Below are positions 26,269-37,325 of a stretch of DNA of 64,000 bases, piece by piece (the first letter of the stretch is position 1; each line of letters begins with the position of its first letter). The position numbers and the translations under genes are program-made. The DNA is taken from NCBI GenBank assembly GCA_012401045.1, contig GCA_012401045.1_4704.1; one strand, given 5' to 3'. The notes under the pieces are model-generated. The model ran no database searches, was not told the DNA's origin, and worked only from the letters and a program-made list of their open reading frames with translations. The DNA is from a phage.

Positions 26269-28002
26269 TTATGCGACTTTACTAATAACGACTGCTGTGA
26301 TACCGAGATGTAGGTCGACGCCATTCTGTACTTTAATCCAGCGGATATACAGGTTAGCGTTATCCTGTCCCGTACCACCTGGGACGTTATTGTTCCTATT
26401 CCATTGCGAGATTTCGAAACGTTTCTGCACGTTAGGACCAACCATGATTTCAAAGTGGGTCGGTTCTGGTGCTTTCGATTCCGTTTTCTCAAGATAGAGC
26501 GGATGTGTCGCGTAGTAAAGTTGGTTCAACCATTCACCCAGATCTGAGTGTTTGTTCGTCAAGTCAACATACGCGTTACCAGCAACATCGTAAGTAAACA
26601 ACGCTTTCGTGTTACGACCGTACACATCCGTTGTCGTCGGCGTTGTTTGCGAGCTGAACGTTACTGTCCAGTAATCACCGGATGTTGCCGAACCTGCTTG
26701 CAATAGCGTCATTCGAATAGTCTGCGTATGACGTACGCGTTTGTAAACGGTAGGATCGACTTCATCTAACCAGATGTTGTACGCAAATTCCTGAGGTTGT
26801 CCGTATTTCTTCGGATTAAACTCAGGGCTGTTCAGTGCCAATTGTACTTTATCGGTTACGTTGTAGTAACGTTCACGGTCGACGTTGTACAACCAGAACA
26901 CCAGCTCGTATCCCACAGCATCAGATACCCATTGCGGATAGCAGAACAGTTTAACACTGTAAGCCCCTTTCGCTTCTTTAGAAACGACGGTATAAGGCAC
27001 ACTGATGTGTTTCACCGCTCCTGGTAACGCGTAGGATGTGTCCTCATCGTCGTCCAGGTAGTAGTGTAACGCCAGCGGATGTTTGCTGTTGATGACCTGG
27101 GACGTGAAGACGTTAAGGCCGTCCAACACAACCTTGTTACCAGTAACCGGCCAATGTTTAATGGAACCATCACTGTAAGTGACTTCAGCCTGAAGGTCGA
27201 CGGAATCCAGGTTGACGTTGATCGGTAACTCAAGCAGTTTGGTATCGCTGCTGCTCAGCCACGTTGATTTCAGTCGTACCCCGTCTTCCAGAATATATTT
27301 AATACCCTGGTCTGGGGTGCGTACATAGTCAGTGATACGAACGATCATGCGTTTCATGGATAGCGGCTGCGGACCGTCACCATAACCTACTACCATCACC
27401 TGCTCAAAATCTTCGACAGGCTTAATGCAGTAACCTTCACGAGGTGCCCAGATAGCTTTATTCGTTCCGTCTTTGTAAGCGATAAGCTGACACGGAATGA
27501 AATCGCTGATCTTATTCCCGCTGTTGTCATACATCGCACTGATGATTTCGCCTTTGGCGCTGATATCAGAACCGCGGAACACTGCGATACGTCGAATATC
27601 CGAGCCATGCAGATGGAAACGACGATCGATGTTCATTGTAGCAGGGATCGTGTTCGTATTAATCAATACACGCCATGTATCGTACGACCACGTCGGGTCA
27701 ATACCTTCAAAGGTTGTCGTCCCATCGCCCTGACCATCGAACGGAGCAGACAGCTGACCGATAAGTTTAAGGGTACTTAGTTTTGTGCGATCGTCTACGG
27801 CGATAACACGGTACACCGCATTCGTATCCCAGTCTTCAACTTTATCGTCCACGTTGGGGACGTAAAGTTTCCAGTCTTCTTCAACGCCATTATAGATCTC
27901 TTTATACGCATAGGTGGTATAGCGTCTGTCGAGATCCTGAATAGCGAGTTTATCCGGATGCTGTTGTGCATAAAGCACCGGATTGGTAATCTCTCTTCCC
28001 AT
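26269..28002 (-). CDS. putative virion structural protein (about 577 aa; track start GTG 28008, ATG 28002 preferred)
   Basis: ORF track; AAGGTGA SD before ATG 28002; in operon with terminase and neighbouring large genes. Confidence 0.55.
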   Translation of the reverse strand: MGREITNPVLYAQQHPDKLAIQDLDRRYTTYAYKEIYNGVEEDWKLYVPNVDDKVEDWDTNAVYRVIAVDDRTKLSTLKLIGQLSAPFDGQGDGTTTFEGIDPTWSYDTWRVLINTNTIPATMNIDRRFHLHGSDIRRIAVFRGSDISAKGEIISAMYDNSGNKISDFIPCQLIAYKDGTNKAIWAPREGYCIKPVEDFEQVMVVGYGDGPQPLSMKRMIVRITDYVRTPDQGIKYILEDGVRLKSTWLSSSDTKLLELPINVNLDSVDLQAEVTYSDGSIKHWPVTGNKVVLDGLNVFTSQVINSKHPLALHYYLDDDEDTSYALPGAVKHISVPYTVVSKEAKGAYSVKLFCYPQWVSDAVGYELVFWLYNVDRERYYNVTDKVQLALNSPEFNPKKYGQPQEFAYNIWLDEVDPTVYKRVRHTQTIRMTLLQAGSATSGDYWTVTFSSQTTPTTTDVYGRNTKALFTYDVAGNAYVDLTNKHSDLGEWLNQLYYATHPLYLEKTESKAPEPTHFEIMVGPNVQKRFEISQWNRNNNVPGGTGQDNANLYIRWIKVQNGVDLHLGITAVVISKVA

Positions 28003-28004
28003 TA

Positions 28005-30599
28005 TCACTCACCTTTGATTGTGTAAAACTTCGTGAAGTCCACGCGATCTTTCAAGAACTCACGACTGACGCGTTCTAAGAACCGCAGTTGTTTAACCGT
28101 AACTTCAAGCGGCGTCCAACTGTCGTGTGGATGAATAGAGACCATCCGCCAATCGTAATTACGTAACGCAGGATCGTAGTCATAGAACCATTTATACGGC
28201 TCCATGAAATCCATCAACTTAACGTCCTGCATATCAGGATCGGGATCGATAACACCGTTGATAAGATCGTACGTTACCGCCATCAGCGTTGGACTGATCA
28301 GCTGATATTTGTTTTCGATTGTGACCGGCGTATCGTACTTCACGCGAGGGAAATACAACGACATATAGTCTTCAACGCGTTTGTCGGTTTCAAGACTCTT
28401 ATCGCGTAGGTAATACGTGTCTGTATTAACCAGACCACGGATGGGGGCAATAACACGGTAGATCGCATAAGGCACCCCATCGTTGACTTTGATGTCGGCA
28501 GGGTATTGCGTGTCCTCTGCGGTAACCACTTCGCTACGATCGTAAATACGTCCACCAACCACAATACGAACAACATGGTCGTCACGAACATTAAACACGT
28601 CGTCGTAAGAAAGCTGATTATGCATCGTCCAACCGGTATCGTAAACGGTTTCACCGGTTAAGTCCGTACGTGGAAAACCAGTACATCTCACGGTAACCGT
28701 GTGCGTGTTCCCTTCACTGAAATACCGTTTCGCGTTGATCATGATCGTTGGCCATTTTACGATATAATCGATATCGCGTACCAAGCTGTAGCTTTTGGTT
28801 GCTCGCTCGTCACCTAACCATACTTCGATTTGACCAGGTTCGAAAGGCAGCGGATATTCAACATCAATACCCGTCGTAACATCCAACCATACGGTGTGGT
28901 TACGATGTTGTATTGTGGTCTTATACGCTAAGAAGTAGGTGTCGAACAATACTAAACCGGTTTGCTTTCTTCCATCCAACGACCATTTTATTACCCCGTT
29001 CTCTTCCGTTACCACAGAAGCATCGTCGGTAACATCCTTCCATGTGTTCGCGACAGGTTGTCCGTTACGAAGATTTACGCTATAACAGCGGTAACTCGCC
29101 CATTCACGGATTGGGACGTCGGCAACACCCATCACGTAATCAAGCGTTCTCCCACCAACACCCGATCGACCCTCAACATAGGACGTGGTTTCATATTGCG
29201 GATAAAAATGTCGGCCTGCCGGATGTTGCGTGATACCCAATAATAGACCGTCACTGTCGTACTCAAAGAACGTCGCATTTGCACGTAAACCCCATGGTAC
29301 TTCAGCGGTAGGGGTACCCATATCGTCAGTAACGCGTTGTGGACTATCTGCAACCAGTTTTGCCATCGCGTTATACCCGTAAGCGGAGGTCACCATGTCG
29401 ATCGTGATATTGCTTTCCTTATTACGCATGATGCGTGTATAATCACTGGCTTCAAGCGTGCGTGCAAAGAACTCGGGTATATTAGCGTTCTGTTCTAACA
29501 TCGCACCGACGATGATGTCGTCTGGAAGTTTATACAATTCGTGGATGCGGTTATGTTCAAAGGTTAACTGCGTTTTCAAACCGCTATCACGGACAACCAC
29601 TTCCAGGGTTAAATCACGAAGCGATTCTGCTCCATCAACCCGTTCAACGAAGTAGCTGACATAATCAACAGGAATCCCGTAATCACGATGTGTGAGCATG
29701 CGGATACTATTTTCCTGGTTGGTGTGGTAATAACGTCCTTTTCCGTTAGGCCCTTTCACGTAGATATCAACGTCATCACGATACCGGATTTTAGTATCCG
29801 CTTCATCTTTCGGCGGATGAATAAGATACTTCACTTTTTTGTCCAGATCGCTGTTGTACGTTTTAAGATCTTCTACACGGAAGCTGTACCGATGAACAAC
29901 GGTACCATCATAGACGACCTGAATGCTATCACCGATCTTAAAACTTGACGGTGGAATGTCTTCAACCGCTTCACCATTGATACTGCAGTGCGTCCAGCCG
30001 ATACCGGTTTCCTGAATCTTTTTACGCCAGGCGTATAGCTGACGCTGCCACTGTAGAACCTGTGTCGAGCTGGTTACAATCCCCCCAAGGACATGCACTT
30101 CACGCCCCGTCGGTTTCGTGTATGACGGATAGCCTTCTGCGAAGTCGGCGTTGAGATAGGTGCGCCAGTAATAATCACCAACGCCAAGGTCAGCGATATT
30201 CGGTTGGTCGAGCACACAGACCAGCATCGTTTCGTTTTCCAGATTACCCGTCCACGTTAATGTCAACGGGAATTCTTTACCGTCCTCGGTATAGATATTG
30301 TAATACGATCCCTTCACCTCACAGAACTTGCTGAGTTCTCGCCACCACAACCGACCCGCCCCGACATTAAAATCCTCCCCCATATGTCGTCCAATAACAA
30401 ACACATGGAACGTATTGGTATCATCAGGAAGATTGAATGTACGATGCCAAGCCGTAAAGTTTTTTACTGCGCCGGTCTTTCCGGTAATACGACGCATCTT
30501 GATACGATGCTGGTTGTCCATTAATGGACGGCAGTTCACATTCAGCGCAGCATGATTTATCAAGTATTGCGCTGTAGGATTAGAAGCGTTCAACACCAC
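28005..30599 (-). CDS. putative virion structural protein (864 aa)
   Basis: ORF track; GTG start with GGAGG SD 6 nt upstream; large gene between terminase and sheath candidate. Confidence 0.55.
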   Translation of the reverse strand: MVLNASNPTAQYLINHAALNVNCRPLMDNQHRIKMRRITGKTGAVKNFTAWHRTFNLPDDTNTFHVFVIGRHMGEDFNVGAGRLWWRELSKFCEVKGSYYNIYTEDGKEFPLTLTWTGNLENETMLVCVLDQPNIADLGVGDYYWRTYLNADFAEGYPSYTKPTGREVHVLGGIVTSSTQVLQWQRQLYAWRKKIQETGIGWTHCSINGEAVEDIPPSSFKIGDSIQVVYDGTVVHRYSFRVEDLKTYNSDLDKKVKYLIHPPKDEADTKIRYRDDVDIYVKGPNGKGRYYHTNQENSIRMLTHRDYGIPVDYVSYFVERVDGAESLRDLTLEVVVRDSGLKTQLTFEHNRIHELYKLPDDIIVGAMLEQNANIPEFFARTLEASDYTRIMRNKESNITIDMVTSAYGYNAMAKLVADSPQRVTDDMGTPTAEVPWGLRANATFFEYDSDGLLLGITQHPAGRHFYPQYETTSYVEGRSGVGGRTLDYVMGVADVPIREWASYRCYSVNLRNGQPVANTWKDVTDDASVVTEENGVIKWSLDGRKQTGLVLFDTYFLAYKTTIQHRNHTVWLDVTTGIDVEYPLPFEPGQIEVWLGDERATKSYSLVRDIDYIVKWPTIMINAKRYFSEGNTHTVTVRCTGFPRTDLTGETVYDTGWTMHNQLSYDDVFNVRDDHVVRIVVGGRIYDRSEVVTAEDTQYPADIKVNDGVPYAIYRVIAPIRGLVNTDTYYLRDKSLETDKRVEDYMSLYFPRVKYDTPVTIENKYQLISPTLMAVTYDLINGVIDPDPDMQDVKLMDFMEPYKWFYDYDPALRNYDWRMVSIHPHDSWTPLEVTVKQLRFLERVSREFLKDRVDFTKFYTIKGE

Positions 30600-31527
30600 G
30601 GCATGCCTCCAGGAGGTATTTCATGTTGGCTTGGAAATCATTGACGTCACGCGCCATACGACGCTGATCCGCCATGAGACGAGCCAACACGGTATCACGG
30701 TAACCACGATCGTGGTCAGCAGCAGAGCATAAAAGAATAAATGTTGGTGGATGCTCTAAAGCAATCCCAGCAACTTCTTTACTATAACCCCCAACCCAGC
30801 TGTAAGCGGTGATTTCAAACAACAACGCTTGGGTTAACGTGTTCAAACGGGGACTAATATTACTTTCTTTTAATGCTGTTACGAAAGCTGCCATGTTAGG
30901 GATATAACCCAGGTTTTCGGTTACGATACCGATGCTCGCAAAATCGTAACGAAGCGTTGTCTGGATGGTGCGCACCATAGTTAGTCTTTCATTATTTGTA
31001 AGGCTATCTTTAAACAGGCAAAGATAATACCATGCTGTTATGATGGCAACATCACGACGTTGTTGAAGGTCCAGCCCTAAACGTTGTGTGATTTGTCCGC
31101 TAATCCAATCACAAAAGACACGCATCGGGATAGGGCCAAGACGTTCAAAAGGACGTGTGCCCAAGGATTCCCATCCTACCTGAAGATACGCACGTGATTG
31201 AAGAAAGTTATATTCACGTTCGTTAACAACGGTAGTACGCGATCCTGGGCGTGAAGTATCTGTTGGGGTGCGCGCGTAAGCGCGTTGGTCGATAACAACG
31301 CGCTGTCCGTCCATCACTGTTTTAATGACCAACGGATGACCAAAAGAAGGGATATCGTCCAACGTATTTTTGTTGCCGATGACTTCGAGAACGGGAGTGT
31401 TTACGCCACTTTCTTCACCGGGTGCACTTAACAATCCGCCGACGTAAGCAACTTCGATAGCGGTTCGGATACGGTCAATGCCTTTTAGTTTTGTTCCAAC
31501 AGTTGTGTCGTAAGGAGAGATGAACAT
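30580..31527 (-). CDS. hypothetical protein (315 aa)
   Basis: ORF track; ATG with AAGGA SD; ATATTAC motif about 63 nt upstream. Confidence 0.55.
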   Translation of the reverse strand: MFISPYDTTVGTKLKGIDRIRTAIEVAYVGGLLSAPGEESGVNTPVLEVIGNKNTLDDIPSFGHPLVIKTVMDGQRVVIDQRAYARTPTDTSRPGSRTTVVNEREYNFLQSRAYLQVGWESLGTRPFERLGPIPMRVFCDWISGQITQRLGLDLQQRRDVAIITAWYYLCLFKDSLTNNERLTMVRTIQTTLRYDFASIGIVTENLGYIPNMAAFVTALKESNISPRLNTLTQALLFEITAYSWVGGYSKEVAGIALEHPPTFILLCSAADHDRGYRDTVLARLMADQRRMARDVNDFQANMKYLLEACRGVERF

Positions 31528-31589
31528 ATGTAATTCCTTTATTACGGCATATAAGAAAACGGGTTAAGCACACAGATTTACGCATAATT

Positions 31590-31597
31590 GTAATATT
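31590..31597 (-). promoter_or_regulatory. weaker promoter-like variant AATATTAC
   Basis: About 63 nt upstream of CDS 30580..31527 in divergent intergenic region. Confidence 0.3.
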
Positions 31598-31670
31598 TTA
31601 CGTTATGCCTATGACATTGTGTCACGTGTGCAATTATGTCATACAATTTCCTTAAATTAAGGAGAGTTCC

Positions 31671-33743
31671 ATGAGGCTTAAGAATAGCACGCCTCGCGCG
31701 ATTTTTACGGGCTTTAAAGAGGGTCTTACCACGGATCCGGTTACAGCCCCAGAGATCACGCCCATTCACCTCCCGTATGTTTTCATTCAGGGTGGTCGTG
31801 GTAAAGAGGACACCTTGCTGTTAACAGGGGACGCCCTGTCTACAGTCTACGGTGAAGATATGCTGAACTACCGCAGTAAGTACGCTTCTCCAGCAACACT
31901 GATTGCTCGCCAGGCGGCTTCTACAGGTAGCGCGATCTTCACAAAACGTTTGGTTGCGCCGGATGCAACGGCAGCACGCATCCGTATCGGTGTTGAAGTG
32001 GTCGCCGATAAACTGGTCGTTTACCAGCGTAACGCTGACGGGTCCTTTATGAAGGACACCGACGGCAACAAAATCCCTGACGGCGATAAAACCGTTGACG
32101 GGGTGAAAATGCGTTGGATTGTTAACCACGACAAAGATGCCGTAGCGCCTAACGCCTTCGGTAAAGATGAAGTGGTTATCGGACAAATGACCGCAGCTGA
32201 TGGTACCCAGAGCAACTACTATCCTATTCTGGATGGAATGGTGAGCTGGCGTGGTGCCGAAGGGGACAACATCGGCTTACGTCTGGAAGCACCGACCGCG
32301 CTGAGCAGCAACCCTACCCGTACCGATATCATCGAACGTATCGGTGCTTTCCTGTACCGCATTCAGTTCGTGGAACGTAAGTCTTCACGAACTGCGCCGA
32401 CGGTCATTCGTACGATCAGCGGTATGGAACAAGAAACCTTCGCGTTGCAGGAAGGTGTTATCCAGCCTGATGACGAAACCGATCTGTCCTTCGGTAAAGT
32501 GGTCGTTGATGCCTACGAGTATAATGAAACGGGTAACACCCCGATCTTTGCTCCGATGGATCAGATGCATCTTTATCAGAAGAACATCGATGAAGTCGTC
32601 AAGAAGCTGTACGAATCTGAAAGCAAAGTTAACAAAGATCTGTTAACCGACGTTGAATTCGTCGAAGGTCAGATGAACATCTTCACCGGTGTCGATTACA
32701 ACGGCATCCCGTATCAAACCATCGAAGTTCTCGATGCGGATCAGGGCGGCGTCATCTTTGATGGTACCAGCACCTTCTACGCAATTGATGGTAGCGACGG
32801 TGACGTCGACTGGGATACCTTCGACGCGTTAGCGAAACAGCAGTTCGAATCGTTCGGCAGAATGGGCGAAGATCTGGAAGACATGGCTTTCTATCCGTTC
32901 TCCATCGTGTATGACATTGGTTACAAAGTCGACACGAAGAAAGCGATGGCAAACGTCTTGTCTCTGCGTCCGGATGTCATGATCATTGCGTCAACCCATA
33001 CCTGGAAGGGTGTGGAACTGAATGTCGATGAAGAAAGCTCCATGGGCGCGATGCTGCGTAACTACTATCGTCTGCATCCAGAAAGCGTGCTTTACAATAC
33101 CCCGGCTTGCCGTGCTGCGGTATTCATGCAATACGGTGAAAGCATCGAAGCGCCAAGCCTGGGTAAAGTTCCGTTGACGCTGGAAGTTGCTAATAAACTT
33201 GCAACTTACATGGGTGCTTCGGATGGTGTTATCCGCGGTACCCGCATCGATAACAACCCCGGTAACGTTGTCACAACGATGCGTAAAATCAACAAGACGT
33301 ATCGTAACGCAACGGTCCGCGATCGTGATTGGGAAAACGGCTTGAACTATGTTCAGACCTACAACCGTAATTCCAACTTCTTCCCGGCTTGGGGCACGAT
33401 CTACAATAACGACCGTTCGGTATGGCGTTCGTTGATCAACGTGATCATCGGTTGCGATCTGACTCGCGTGTGCTATCGTCTCTGGGCAGAAACCACCGGT
33501 ACTACAGGAATGGATGAAACCCTGTTCCTGAAACTGATGGGCGAACGCTTCCTGGAATACACCACGGGCCGTTACAACGACCATGTGACTGTTAAGGGAC
33601 GTTTCTACCTGGATAAAGAAGACGGTTACAACGGCTTCAGCTATCACGGCGATATCAGCCTGATCGGCGATCCAGGCATGACCGTGGGTACGTTTACCAT
33701 CACCGGGCTGCGTCGTAACACCGAAGCAGCAGAAGCGGCGTAA
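31671..33743 (+). CDS. putative tail sheath protein (690 aa)
   Basis: Very strong SD AAGGAGA; size and sheath-then-tube order near terminase as I recall for phiKZ gp29/gp30; no motif confirmation. Confidence 0.4.
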   Translation: MRLKNSTPRAIFTGFKEGLTTDPVTAPEITPIHLPYVFIQGGRGKEDTLLLTGDALSTVYGEDMLNYRSKYASPATLIARQAASTGSAIFTKRLVAPDATAARIRIGVEVVADKLVVYQRNADGSFMKDTDGNKIPDGDKTVDGVKMRWIVNHDKDAVAPNAFGKDEVVIGQMTAADGTQSNYYPILDGMVSWRGAEGDNIGLRLEAPTALSSNPTRTDIIERIGAFLYRIQFVERKSSRTAPTVIRTISGMEQETFALQEGVIQPDDETDLSFGKVVVDAYEYNETGNTPIFAPMDQMHLYQKNIDEVVKKLYESESKVNKDLLTDVEFVEGQMNIFTGVDYNGIPYQTIEVLDADQGGVIFDGTSTFYAIDGSDGDVDWDTFDALAKQQFESFGRMGEDLEDMAFYPFSIVYDIGYKVDTKKAMANVLSLRPDVMIIASTHTWKGVELNVDEESSMGAMLRNYYRLHPESVLYNTPACRAAVFMQYGESIEAPSLGKVPLTLEVANKLATYMGASDGVIRGTRIDNNPGNVVTTMRKINKTYRNATVRDRDWENGLNYVQTYNRNSNFFPAWGTIYNNDRSVWRSLINVIIGCDLTRVCYRLWAETTGTTGMDETLFLKLMGERFLEYTTGRYNDHVTVKGRFYLDKEDGYNGFSYHGDISLIGDPGMTVGTFTITGLRRNTEAAEAA

Positions 33744-33758
33744 TGAGAGGAGTCCATA

Positions 33759-34649
33759 ATGCGTCCTGATAATACCCTACTCGGTGAACAGGGTGTTGGT
33801 GCTCTTAGCAACGCGGCTATGGTCGATATTCGTGCAGGTGCCCAAAACGGGTACATCAGCAATATCGGTACGTACGTTGCTAACGCCAACTACATTCCGA
33901 ACCAAATGTTCTGTCTCCTGCTGGAGGCACCACGTGGTTTCAACTATCTACCTAACCCGGATGTACAGATTGGTTATCTGAAGGCGTTGGTAGAAGAAGT
34001 TGCGCATTCGATTACCGGTCTGCAACGCGGATTGGAAGTTGAATTCGTTAGCGTCCCGGTTTCTGGTTCCGGTGAAATCCAGGAAGAAGTCTCTGACGTT
34101 AAACGTCCTCGCTCTAACCCGACTTTCGGGATCTATGAGAAAGAAGGTCGTTCCGTTAGTTACTTCCTGGAACAATGGATCACGTATCTGTTGATGGATC
34201 CGGATGCCAAATACCCGATGTTGTCGTCTATCGTATCCACTGGTGGTCCAACCGACCTGCTGGCGGATTATCGTAGCGCAACAATGCTGTTCGTTGAGCC
34301 AGACCGCCAACACAAAAAAGTGGTTAACGCCTGGCTGTGCACGAACATGATGCCTCACGGTACCGGTGACTGGACATCACGTCGTAACAAGAACGATGCG
34401 CCAAACGTGGTAGAATTGAGCATTCAGTTCACAGCGTTAACACAGACCAACTACGGCGTGCGTGCTTTTGCACAACGTCTGCTGGATAAGATGAACCTGC
34501 TCAAAGTGAACCCGGATTTCCGTCCGGCTTATCTGAGCGACATCGATCCGGCTGTGGCAGCGCAGAAGGTTGGCTACACCTTCGACTTTGATAACAACGA
34601 TACCTTTGAGGTACCGAATACTTATCAAAACGTAACACCTCGCGTGTAA
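33759..34649 (+). CDS. putative tail tube protein (296 aa)
   Basis: Strong SD GAGAGGAG; 15 nt after sheath candidate; followed by bidirectional terminator. Confidence 0.4.
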   Translation: MRPDNTLLGEQGVGALSNAAMVDIRAGAQNGYISNIGTYVANANYIPNQMFCLLLEAPRGFNYLPNPDVQIGYLKALVEEVAHSITGLQRGLEVEFVSVPVSGSGEIQEEVSDVKRPRSNPTFGIYEKEGRSVSYFLEQWITYLLMDPDAKYPMLSSIVSTGGPTDLLADYRSATMLFVEPDRQHKKVVNAWLCTNMMPHGTGDWTSRRNKNDAPNVVELSIQFTALTQTNYGVRAFAQRLLDKMNLLKVNPDFRPAYLSDIDPAVAAQKVGYTFDFDNNDTFEVPNTYQNVTPRV

Positions 34650-34672
34650 CGTAAAAAAAAAAGCATATTAAC

Positions 34673-34713
34673 CTCCCTTCCTTCCCCGGCCTTGACGGCT
34701 AGGGAAGGAAGGT
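34673..34713. terminator. bidirectional terminator
   Basis: CCCTTCCTTCCC...GGGAAGGAAGG stem, A10 upstream and T-rich downstream; between tube candidate and 34725..35264. Confidence 0.6.
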
Positions 34714-34724
34714 TTATGGTTTAT

Positions 34725-35264
34725 TTACTGTTTGTTCGTGGCTTCACGAATGAAAATGACATCAGGATATTCTTGAGATTCAATGAATTCAGGATTACGA
34801 TAACGACGAATATGACGCATCGTTGTACAAGCAAGTTTGTAAAGATGTTCCTCCTCACGTTGTGTTAATAACATCAGTTGCGCGTCTGGAATCACGAATG
34901 GGAGTCTTTCATTCACGTATTCCCGAAGGTCATCGAGATCATCGTGATGAATGCCCTCTGAGAGCTTATATAACGCTTCCAGCAATTCTAATCCACCGAA
35001 CTGGTAACTTCCTATTGTCGTCTTAAACAATGCGCCAGAACGCGTGGTGGATGCTCTATCGGCGACATCGTATTGTTCTAACATATATCCGTAGACCATG
35101 CTACGTCGATCCAGTGTATCCGTAACGAGATTACGCCACCGTTCCAGTCTTTCGAGCGCTTTGTCGATAGAGTAAACGATCATGCCATGTTCATCCAACT
35201 CTTCCGCAATACCCAATAGTTCATTGTTGTTAGGTTTTGCTGCACCGATAAGAAAAACACTCAT
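34725..35264 (-). CDS. hypothetical protein (179 aa)
   Basis: ORF track; ATG with GGAG SD; start overlaps upstream stop. Confidence 0.55.
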   Translation of the reverse strand: MSVFLIGAAKPNNNELLGIAEELDEHGMIVYSIDKALERLERWRNLVTDTLDRRSMVYGYMLEQYDVADRASTTRSGALFKTTIGSYQFGGLELLEALYKLSEGIHHDDLDDLREYVNERLPFVIPDAQLMLLTQREEEHLYKLACTTMRHIRRYRNPEFIESQEYPDVIFIREATNKQ

Positions 35265-35677
35265 TACTCAAACTCCTTATTCCAAAACTCGATTAATGAA
35301 TCGAGCTGTTCCTTACTGGTTATCTCACCTCCCCTAACAAAATGAAATCGTTCTTGAATGGCGATCTTTTCAAGGATATCGGTAAGCAAATGACGGTGAC
35401 AGAAATTTCCTGCAGGACAATAACACCCTAACACCACAACCGGATGGGAGAATAAAGCCAACCATTCCGGTGTATGATCAACAAAGCTTTTGCGCATAAG
35501 CGCGTAGTAGCCTGTGGTATATTCATCCTCGGTTAACGTTTTTGATTTGATTCCTGTAACAAGTTCCCATGAAGGTGCGAAGAGTGGGTTACCTGTTTTC
35601 ACCGTCGTGTCCAGTAGGAACGCTCGTGTGTCTGAAAGCCAACGATATTTGGCTAATTGAAGGGTGTATAAAAACAC
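35264..35677 (-). CDS. hypothetical protein (137 aa)
   Basis: ORF track. Confidence 0.5.
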   Translation of the reverse strand: MFLYTLQLAKYRWLSDTRAFLLDTTVKTGNPLFAPSWELVTGIKSKTLTEDEYTTGYYALMRKSFVDHTPEWLALFSHPVVVLGCYCPAGNFCHRHLLTDILEKIAIQERFHFVRGGEITSKEQLDSLIEFWNKEFE

Positions 35678-35780
35678 AGCGCTAACCCCAAAGGATAAAA
35701 ATAAAACCTTGACATAACCACCACCGCAACCCCATACAGGGCTACGGTGGGGTCATACAGAGAGACGTGTTAAGTTACAA

Positions 35781-36260
35781 TCAGTCTTTCAGCAGCTCAG
35801 CTGCATACGCACTGATGTTGTCGCGAATATGCTTAACCTGAGTTGTTGGGAAAGATTTCTTATACGCGGTGGTCAGGCGTCCGTAAACCTGTTTCTTCTC
35901 GTTAGAGCCGAAACCAACTTCAGCGCTACGTTGAACCGTTGCGGACACAACGTCTTTGCCCAGCGGCAGGGTTACAGAAACAACGTCAACCTGCTTGTTA
36001 TCCGCCATGAACTGCGCGCCAACGCGACCTACCGCCAGACCATGAGCCAGACCGATATCGGTGGTCAGTTTCTGTGCTTTTTCCAGGATTTCTTTTTCTT
36101 CCGGCGTTACCAGAGTACCCAGGAAATCACTGCCTAACTTCTGGCTACCAGATTCGTCCAGTTTAATACCAGCGGCGATTTTATCAGAAAGAGCCTGAAC
36201 TTCCGGACGTACGTTAGAAGTGGTTTCAGTCGCTACGGTGGTTTCTACAGCTTCAGACAT
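35781..36260 (-). CDS. hypothetical protein (159 aa), probably abundant early protein
   Basis: ORF track; TGGAG SD; TATATTACCT promoter motif about 124 nt upstream. Confidence 0.6.
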   Translation of the reverse strand: MSEAVETTVATETTSNVRPEVQALSDKIAAGIKLDESGSQKLGSDFLGTLVTPEEKEILEKAQKLTTDIGLAHGLAVGRVGAQFMADNKQVDVVSVTLPLGKDVVSATVQRSAEVGFGSNEKKQVYGRLTTAYKKSFPTTQVKHIRDNISAYAAELLKD

Positions 36261-36380
36261 GTTAATACTCCAATTAGTTTTTTCGATCGATCAAAAGGAT
36301 AAAATCAGAAGATTCTTTCTTCATAGGGAAAACACAAGTCGGTTAAGGTTTACTTCTTAAACTCCTTGCGTTCTATCAGT

Positions 36381-36392
36381 TAGGTAATATAG
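36381..36392 (-). promoter_or_regulatory. candidate early promoter motif CTATATTACCTA
   Basis: Second copy of TATATTACCT, upstream of CDS 35781..36260. Confidence 0.5.
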
Positions 36393-36395
36393 ACC

Positions 36396-37196
36396 TCAAC
36401 TTTTTTCCAATAATGCTGCAACGTTCCGCGCGAAACGAATTACCTTGTAATTGCGGGTCTGTTTGATATCTTCTTCCCCATCACTGTCACCTTCAGACGG
36501 ATCTTCCCACATGAAGTCTTGTTCGTCCGCTTTCTGTAAGTAGCGGTATAACTGCACCATGCTGCGTGCGGTCGGAGAGATAGCGCGAAGCTCATCCAAT
36601 TCTTCATCCGTGAGCAGAACATGCGGTGAACGCAGTGGTTCCATTGTTGTATTACACAACAGACGAATCAGCAGATCGACGCACGGAATAACCGAACCTG
36701 GTGAGGCGATTTCTGGGTGTAATGTATAACCCCAATATACGGTGTTAAAATACGTCAAAACAGCAGGTAGTGACGGATGTTCCATCGCACGGCCAATTTG
36801 CTGTCTTACGATAGATGCACGATCGTTCAATACATCGAAAGTAATCTGCTGCGGTTCCATAACCGCAAGTGAAATACCGTATGCGTCAGCCACACCCAGG
36901 ATTTCATGAAGGGCCGAACGTTCTTCTTCGGTGGATATTGTCCCGATTGCCTTACGCCCTGCAAGGTCAATCAGCATCGGTGAAACAGCTTCTTTAACCG
37001 CATTAAAAGAAGCCTGGTAAGCGTGTTTGTGAATATACAGTGTCCACGCTAATGCGCGCTCAGCCGCATGAAGCAGATCGACATAAGACAGTTCTTGATG
37101 GCATGGGCCATACACACTCACAGCAAGCTTGGTGGCTTTCTCAGAGGCTTGCATAATAACATCTGGTGATTTAGGCATATCGCGTTCTTCTTGCAT
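36396..37196 (-). CDS. hypothetical protein (266 aa)
   Basis: ORF track; ATG with AGGAA SD. Confidence 0.6.
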   Translation of the reverse strand: MQEERDMPKSPDVIMQASEKATKLAVSVYGPCHQELSYVDLLHAAERALAWTLYIHKHAYQASFNAVKEAVSPMLIDLAGRKAIGTISTEEERSALHEILGVADAYGISLAVMEPQQITFDVLNDRASIVRQQIGRAMEHPSLPAVLTYFNTVYWGYTLHPEIASPGSVIPCVDLLIRLLCNTTMEPLRSPHVLLTDEELDELRAISPTARSMVQLYRYLQKADEQDFMWEDPSEGDSDGEEDIKQTRNYKVIRFARNVAALLEKS

Positions 37197-37299
37197 CTTT
37201 TAAATTCCTACTTAACAATAAAGTTCATATACGGCGTATGTATCCGTAGAATAATGGGTTCTGGTAAGATCTTACATCAAAATGACGGCATAAAAAGTA

Positions 37300-37325
37300 C
37301 CTCCTTACCCATGTGGGTAAGGAGG
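37300..37325 (-). terminator. intrinsic terminator candidate
   Basis: CCTCCTTACCC-ATGT-GGGTAAGGAGG; U5 on minus strand; about 150 nt after CDS 37479..38288. Confidence 0.5.

Noticed and set aside
32991-33647. 218-aa minus-strand ORF inside the sheath candidate
   Set aside because: Antisense shadow; no start signals
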